From: a virus
Lineage: Duplodnaviria > Heunggongvirae > Uroviricota > Caudoviricetes
Direction: 5' to 3' (one strand)
Length of the DNA: 12,749 nt
Virus record (IMG/VR): IMGVR_UViG_2713896779_000017
Of this stretch, positions 8,149-12,749 are shown piece after piece. The notes below the pieces were generated by a model, which saw only the letters and a list, made by a program, of their open reading frames with translations, was not told where the DNA came from and did no database searches. How positions within the stretch are numbered: position 1 is the first letter of the stretch; the number at the start of each line of letters is the position of its first letter. The position numbers and the translations under genes are program-made.

Positions 8149-8868
8149 CCGGCGCGCCGCATCAATGCGCTGCTGCATGTCCTGGCGAACCTCTGCCGGT
8201 AAGGCTTCAAACTGATTGCCATCCACCTTGTGCGCCCCTGAGTAAATCAGCGTGATATCCACACCGGCCTGCGCCAGATGACCGGCATAGCTGACATGGC
8301 TCATCATCACGCCAATGGAGCCGATACGGGATGTCTGGGTAACCAGCCGTCGGGAGCAGGCCGACGCCAGCAGCATGGCTGCAGAACAGGCCGTGTCATT
8401 GCACAGTGCCCAGACCGGCTTCTGCTGACGGAGGCGGTAAATCATGTCAGCGCAGTCAAACGCGCCGGCGGCCTGCCCGCCCGGACTGTCAATGTCCAGC
8501 AGTACGCCCCGCACCTGGCTATCCGCCATTGCCTGCTGAAGACAGGCGACAATGCCGTCATAGCCTGTCATTCCGGAAAATGACCGCATACCCCCCAGCC
8601 GGTGCACCAGCGTGCCGGTCACCGGCAGTACAGCAATACCGTTCACCACCCGGTAAACACGGGCCGGTCGTTTACCTCCGGCCATGTACTCGTCCGTTTC
8701 AGCCAGCATTCCGGGAGCATCAAGCTGTACCTGCTGCTGTGGTACCGAAAGACTTGCTGCCCCCATCTCGCGCCCGAGCGCGCAAAAGAAAACCCGCGCA
8801 TAGGCGGGCTCCAGAAGCAGCGGTTCATTGAATGCTGCGGCAATAATGTGTGAAAGATTACGTCTCAC
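7363..8868 (-). CDS. C: Head maturation protease / scaffold (lambda gpC-like, ClpP/S49-type N-terminal domain) with repeat-expanded C-terminal region
   Basis: 501 aa; AFNEPLLLEPAYARVFFCAL, NGIAVLPVTGTLV, SGMTGYDGIVACLQQA, PGGQAAGAFDCADMIYRLRQQKPVWAL, SRRLVTQTSRIGSIGVMMSHVSY, GVDITLIYSGAHKVDGN and EAAVFEGQSGIDAGLADELVNASDAI match lambda gpC. Start codon is GTG (plus 8866-8868 = cac) and overlaps the B stop by 11 nt. Confidence 0.9.
   Translation of the reverse strand: MRRNLSHIIAAAFNEPLLLEPAYARVFFCALGREMGAASLSVPQQQVQLDAPGMLAETDEYMAGGKRPARVYRVVNGIAVLPVTGTLVHRLGGMRSFSGMTGYDGIVACLQQAMADSQVRGVLLDIDSPGGQAAGAFDCADMIYRLRQQKPVWALCNDTACSAAMLLASACSRRLVTQTSRIGSIGVMMSHVSYAGHLAQAGVDITLIYSGAHKVDGNQFEALPAEVRQDMQQRIDAARRMFAEKVAMFTGLSVDAVTGTEAAVFEGQSGIDAGLADELVNASDAISVMATALNSNVRGGTMPQLTATEAAAQENQRVMGILTCQEAKGREQLATMLAGQQGMSVEQARAILAAAAPQQPVASTQSEADRIMACEEANGREQLAATLAAMPEMTVEKARPILAASPQADAGPSLRDQIMALDEAKGAEAQAEQLAACPGMTVESARAVLAAGSGKAEPVSASTTALFERIMANHSPAAVQGGVPQTSADGDADVKMLMAMP
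7465..7920 (-). repeat. Three imperfect in-frame tandem repeats (141-159 bp, 47-53 aa) inside the C/Nu3 C-terminal coding region
   Basis: Protein units starting R317 (RVMGILTCQEAKGREQLATMLAGQQGMSVEQARAILAAAAPQ), R370 (RIMACEEANGREQLAATLAAMPEMTVEKARPILAASPQ) and Q417 (QIMALDEAKGAEAQAEQLAACPGMTVESARAVLAAGSG), followed by a truncated fourth copy (ERIMANHSP). The DNA repeats are visible on the plus strand, e.g. ...ctgttcacgaccgttcgcttc... and ...ctgttcacgtcctttcgcttc... Confidence 0.85.
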
Positions 8869-10450
8869 GGGGTGTTGTCTCCTCTTCCGGCCTGCGACTC
8901 TCCGCTATCTGCTGCTGATACGCCTGCGCTATCCACACCGGACGTGAGAGTCCGGCTTTTTGCCGCTCTGCAGATTCCCTGACCTGCTGGCGGAAAATGT
9001 CCTGATAATCCTCGCCCATCAGCGCCAGCTCTTTCTCATACGTGCTCAGTCCGGCCTCAATGCGCATCACCGATTCCTGAACCTCCTTGAGCCCGTCAAT
9101 GGCCATTCTTCCGGCACCAATCCACTCTGCCCGTGACCAGGCTGATCGCGCCTGATAAAAATCAAAACGCGCCCGTGGCGGACGGATAATCCCCCGAAGA
9201 AGTGCCTCTTCCAGCCAGCAGGAAAACATCTGCGTGGCCAGCCGGGCCGCAATAAATTTTCGCCGCCCCATAAAATAGCGCCACGACTCATTGGCAGAGG
9301 CCCTGGCACTTGAATAACTGACCTTCGAGTAATCACGGGACAACTGTTCGTAGGAAACGCCAAGACCGGCGGCGATATACCGCAGCAGCGCCTGTTCAAG
9401 CGCCGAAAATCCATTGTCTGAATCCTGCGCAGTCTGTAGTTTCAGATCATCCCCGGGGAAAAGGTGCGGAATTTTGACACCACCCAGCGTCACGTTATTC
9501 GTGTCATACCAGCTGGAGAACTTCTCCAGAATATTAATAAGCGGATTATCCTTCTGCCCCTGCGGCGCACCGGCGATATATTCAAAGGCCTTTTCGGTAT
9601 CAAGGTCACTTTCAATCGTCGCTGCATACATGGCTTTCACAATGGCCGACTGAAGCTGTGTTGCCTGCAGGGAATCGAGCATCTTCAGCCGTTCCATGAC
9701 GCTGTAAAACTGGTTGGCCCCACGGGTCTGCCCGTCCTCCACCGGCTCGAAAATATGCAGCATGGCCGGACGCCCGGTGGGAAGTTCACGCGGGATCCGT
9801 TCCCATCGTCCACTCCCGGAGCGAGGAAAATCATCCTCACAGATATGGTACGCAACGGCACGGCCATATCGATCGACCTCCACCCCGGCCCGCAGAAAAC
9901 GGTTCCCCATACCGTGTCCTGGCGTGTCCACCCGTTTCGGACTCACGGCTTTAAAACGCGTACGGAATAACTGCGTGGTTTCCGTATCCCAGACCGGCTG
10001 CACAAAGATTTCGCCGTTAAACGCATGAACGCCCACACCTTCACGGATAAATTCCGTGAACGTGCGTTTTCCTTCCACGTCGATCTCGCCAGACATCCCT
10101 TCGGCGTATTCCGACCAGGCCGCCTCCACCTCATCGACAAAGCTTTTTGCTGCGGTCTCCCGCATCCCCAGCCAGCGCCAGTTCGGACGGTAGCTGATAA
10201 GAAACATATGCCCGACAATGTGATCCTTATGCAGTGCCACCGCATTGGCCGCTATTCCGTTATTGCGCACCAGATCATCTGCCCGGGCATTCCCCAGACG
10301 CAACGCGGGCAGCAGGGCCGCATCGGCACTCTGCGCCGGTGGCAACCACTCCGCCATTTGCCCGCCAAATCCTGCACCGCCCCCGTTGTAGCTGAGACTC
10401 TCACGAAGCGGAACGCCGTTCACATCAATCAGGACAGGCGTTCGTTTCAT
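8858..10450 (-). CDS. B: Portal protein (lambda gpB-like)
   Basis: 530 aa track ORF, portal-sized and located between W and C as in lambda. Start ATG overlaps the W stop (ATGA). Confidence 0.93.
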   Translation of the reverse strand: MKRTPVLIDVNGVPLRESLSYNGGGAGFGGQMAEWLPPAQSADAALLPALRLGNARADDLVRNNGIAANAVALHKDHIVGHMFLISYRPNWRWLGMRETAAKSFVDEVEAAWSEYAEGMSGEIDVEGKRTFTEFIREGVGVHAFNGEIFVQPVWDTETTQLFRTRFKAVSPKRVDTPGHGMGNRFLRAGVEVDRYGRAVAYHICEDDFPRSGSGRWERIPRELPTGRPAMLHIFEPVEDGQTRGANQFYSVMERLKMLDSLQATQLQSAIVKAMYAATIESDLDTEKAFEYIAGAPQGQKDNPLINILEKFSSWYDTNNVTLGGVKIPHLFPGDDLKLQTAQDSDNGFSALEQALLRYIAAGLGVSYEQLSRDYSKVSYSSARASANESWRYFMGRRKFIAARLATQMFSCWLEEALLRGIIRPPRARFDFYQARSAWSRAEWIGAGRMAIDGLKEVQESVMRIEAGLSTYEKELALMGEDYQDIFRQQVRESAERQKAGLSRPVWIAQAYQQQIAESRRPEEETTPRET

Positions 10451-10653
10451 AACCTCACTCCCAGCGGACGACGGCGACGCCGGGTTGTCCCCAGTACCGA
10501 CTCCGCATCATTGATCGCCCGGTTAAGCTCATCCAGAGAAGCCGCCGTATATTCAATTCTGCGACCATCTTTCTGGACAGACACCACCCGTTTACCGGTT
10601 AATAAATCAAGGCGCGCCTGACGCAGCGCCTGCAGTTCAGCGACTGTAACCAT
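10447..10653 (-). CDS. W: Head-tail joining / head completion protein (lambda gpW-like)
   Basis: 68 aa; LLTGKRVVSVQKDGRRIEYTAASLDEL and the RRRRRP tail match lambda gpW ([23 protein letters not shown]..). Overlaps the A stop by 17 nt. Confidence 0.93.
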   Translation of the reverse strand: MVTVAELQALRQARLDLLTGKRVVSVQKDGRRIEYTAASLDELNRAINDAESVLGTTRRRRRPLGVRL

Positions 10654-12565
10654 TCACTCCTCCGGACAGCTTCGCTGCCAGTTCTTTCAGGGTTGGCCGG
10701 GTCGTCTCTTCTTCCCGGGATTTTGCCAGTACAGCCAGATCAAGCTGCCAGCGTTGCACGGACACACGTAATGCCGCGTAGGCATACACCAGGCAGTCCA
10801 GCGCTTCGTTACGCCGCTTTTTGTTATCCCACAGCAGACGCATCTTTCCTTTTTCCCACTTCTCCACCAGCTCTTCCGCCACCAGTTGCTGCGCCTCTGT
10901 CTGCGAAAAAATCTCCGGATCATCAGGAAAACGGATGGCATACGACGTGGCTTCATCCGCAGGCGTGGGATCGGCTTTCATACGGGCATAGAGAATTTCT
11001 TTTGCGGTGTCCGTTCCCACTTCACACAGATACACGCCCCGCTGATTGCGGGTTTTTGGCATGGTGATCACCGGCTTGCCATAGACAGATGCGCCTTTTA
11101 CCGGCAGCACCCGGAAAACACCGTGTTTTTTTGATCTCTGATAAACAATTTCACCATCGATCCCCCCGGTGTCCCAGCAGACACGGGAAATAGTCATTTC
11201 GGTGCCATCCGCATGGCGGTATTTTTTGTTGATCGCCGCATCCACACGTAACAGCGTCTCTTCCTCATCAGGACGCCCCATAATGATGATTTTATCCACC
11301 AGAAAGGCTTCCTCTCCCGGAGCCCATCCCCAGACATACATCTCAAAACGGTTTCGCTGCGAGTCAATGCCCGCCGTCAGATAAACCACCCGGGCAGGCA
11401 CCGCCGCCGTGTAACGCACCACCTTATCCATCAGTACCTGGTGATCGAGTTTTTCGCCCACGGCCTCTTCCCAGGTCTCGCCCAGCGTGGTGTTCACAAA
11501 GGTTTTCAGGCCGTTGGGATCTTTCAGTGCATCCAGCCAGTCATAGACAATCTGTACCCAGGTGGTGAACGGACTGTACGCCGTCCAGATATGGAACGTG
11601 ATGGAGCGCGGCGGCGGAATTTCATTACCCGCAGCGCTGAAAAACGTCAGGCCGTCACGGGTCCACATACCCGTGTTTTCACAGATCCAGCGCCCGTTAC
11701 TCTGGTCAAGCTCAGACTGATGGATCACGCAGCCATGATGTTCACAGAGGTAGAAAACGCTTTCGGGGCTGTCCTTCTCCCATTTAAGGCCAAAAGGCGT
11801 GGATTCATCGCCAAATTTCAGATACTGCGCCTCCCCACAGTGCGGGCAGGGCACATAGAAACGCATAAAATGCGCCGACTCGTTGGCCGCTTTTTCGATC
11901 TGGCAGGTGCCTTTGATTTTAGGCGTCGAGCCGCGAATGGATTTTGGCCATACAGAGCCCTCAATACGCTTATCCCCCAGCAGGGTTGGCGAGCCCTCTT
12001 TTTCAACATCCGGTTCGAACGAGGAAAGCTCGTCATAGCAGACCACGTCCACGGATTTTTCACGGTAGTTTTTGGCGGCAGCGCCGCCCAGGCACCAGAA
12101 ACCGACGCCCGATGAAAAGCGTTTCAGCGTGAGAGTATTGTCACGATGTTTACGACCCAGCCATGGGGAAAGGTCTTTCAGGCATGGCACGTTCCGAATC
12201 GTCGCCTCCACGTGAGACTTCATAAAATCTTCAGCGGCAGAATCCGTGGGCTGAAAAAGCAGACTGTTTCGGGATTTATGCTCAATAAAATACCCGACCA
12301 CCCCCAGCAACATCTTTGTATAGCCAACACGGGCAGATTTAATCAGATTAACAGTGCGGATCTGATCATTCCCCATGCTGTTCATGATGGCGATCTGGAA
12401 TGGCAGCGTTTTCCATTCTCCCTCACCATATGAAGATTCTTTAGGCAGATAATAATTTTGATCAGCCCATTCAACTGGCGTCACCGGCAATGCCCTTATC
12501 AGGGGCTGTAATGCTGTTGTGACAGCACTCATCATATTATTCAGTTGTTGCTCTGATATATTCAT
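10637..12565 (-). CDS. A: Terminase large subunit (lambda gpA-like)
   Basis: From the ATG at 12563-12565 the protein reads MNISEQQLNN..VEWADQNYYLPKESSYGEGEWKTLPFQIAIMNSMG..KSARVGYTKMLLGV..GFWCLGGAAAKNYREKSVDV..YDEL..GSPTLLGDKRIEGSVWPKSIRGSTPKIKGTCQIE..FYLCEHHGCVI..WTAYSPFTTWVQIV..TFVNTTLGETWEE..YLTAGIDSQ..SRVCWDTGGIDGEIVYQRSKKHG, matching lambda gpA including its N-terminus MNIS. The track start at 12622 adds 19 unconserved residues and is rejected. Confidence 0.95.
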   Translation of the reverse strand: MNISEQQLNNMMSAVTTALQPLIRALPVTPVEWADQNYYLPKESSYGEGEWKTLPFQIAIMNSMGNDQIRTVNLIKSARVGYTKMLLGVVGYFIEHKSRNSLLFQPTDSAAEDFMKSHVEATIRNVPCLKDLSPWLGRKHRDNTLTLKRFSSGVGFWCLGGAAAKNYREKSVDVVCYDELSSFEPDVEKEGSPTLLGDKRIEGSVWPKSIRGSTPKIKGTCQIEKAANESAHFMRFYVPCPHCGEAQYLKFGDESTPFGLKWEKDSPESVFYLCEHHGCVIHQSELDQSNGRWICENTGMWTRDGLTFFSAAGNEIPPPRSITFHIWTAYSPFTTWVQIVYDWLDALKDPNGLKTFVNTTLGETWEEAVGEKLDHQVLMDKVVRYTAAVPARVVYLTAGIDSQRNRFEMYVWGWAPGEEAFLVDKIIIMGRPDEEETLLRVDAAINKKYRHADGTEMTISRVCWDTGGIDGEIVYQRSKKHGVFRVLPVKGASVYGKPVITMPKTRNQRGVYLCEVGTDTAKEILYARMKADPTPADEATSYAIRFPDDPEIFSQTEAQQLVAEELVEKWEKGKMRLLWDNKKRRNEALDCLVYAYAALRVSVQRWQLDLAVLAKSREEETTRPTLKELAAKLSGGVNGYSR

Positions 12566-12749
12566 CGAGTAAATCCGGTAATTTATCCCCCGCCCGCGCA
12601 CACTGATTTGCCCCCTTAGCAATAAGGGTTTTCAGATGGTCAAGATGGCGCGGTGTTAAATCAGGAAACTGTCGTTGCATGGATAAAGGGATGGAATCAA
12701 GCGTACTGGATAACGCCATTGCCAGCTTACTGAGGGCAAAAATACAGAA
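12537..12749 (-). CDS. Nu1: Terminase small subunit (lambda Nu1-like); 5' partial, N-terminus beyond window end
   Basis: The frame is open to the window edge (upstream codons FCIFALSKLA-M have no stop). C-terminal sequence IPLSMQRQFPDLTPRHLDHLKTLIAKGANQ..LPDLLDEYI resembles the lambda Nu1 C-terminus (LPLSVQRRFPELENRHVDFLKRDIIKAMNK..IPGLLSEYI). Overlaps the A start by 29 nt. Confidence 0.85.
   Translation of the reverse strand, partial: FCIFALSKLAMALSSTLDSIPLSMQRQFPDLTPRHLDHLKTLIAKGANQCARAGDKLPDLLDEYIRATTE

Noticed and set aside
10637-12622. Track start at 12622 for the large terminase (661 aa)
   Set aside because: The first 19 residues (MLRGQISVRGRGINYRIYS) have no counterpart in lambda gpA, whereas the ATG at 12565 gives the conserved MNIS N-terminus; the longer start would also overlap Nu1 much further.
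1-12749. Search for a novel defense or anti-defense system, toxin-antitoxin pair, CRISPR array, tRNA or insertion sequence
   Set aside because: No direct-repeat/spacer architecture and no unexplained intergenic region; all space is accounted for by syntenic lambda-like structural genes. tRNA absence is by eye only; tRNAscan-SE would confirm.

Overview
The whole window is the late morphogenesis (head and tail) module of a lambda-like (lambdoid) phage or prophage, entirely on the minus strand and syntenic with phage lambda from the small terminase Nu1 (partial, window right edge) to the tape measure H (partial, window left edge). Gene order on the minus strand is Nu1-A-W-B-C(Nu3)-D-E-FI-FII-Z-U-V-G/G-T-H. 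All calls rest on reading the translations against lambda protein sequences recalled from memory; no database search was run, so I give no percent identities. Genes are tightly packed with short overlaps or gaps below about 60 bp, and I see no inserted accessory gene, RNA gene, CRISPR array or mobile element. I therefore do not find support for a previously undescribed system here. The points worth a second look are: a conserved -1 frameshift heptamer at the G/T junction; a tandem expansion of a roughly 40-50 aa module at the C-terminus of the protease/scaffold gene C; and two 50-N scaffold gaps, one of which has an identical 31-bp sequence on both flanks and so is almost certainly an assembly artifact that corrupts the G gene model. 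The many plus-strand ORFs in the track are antisense shadows of these genes.
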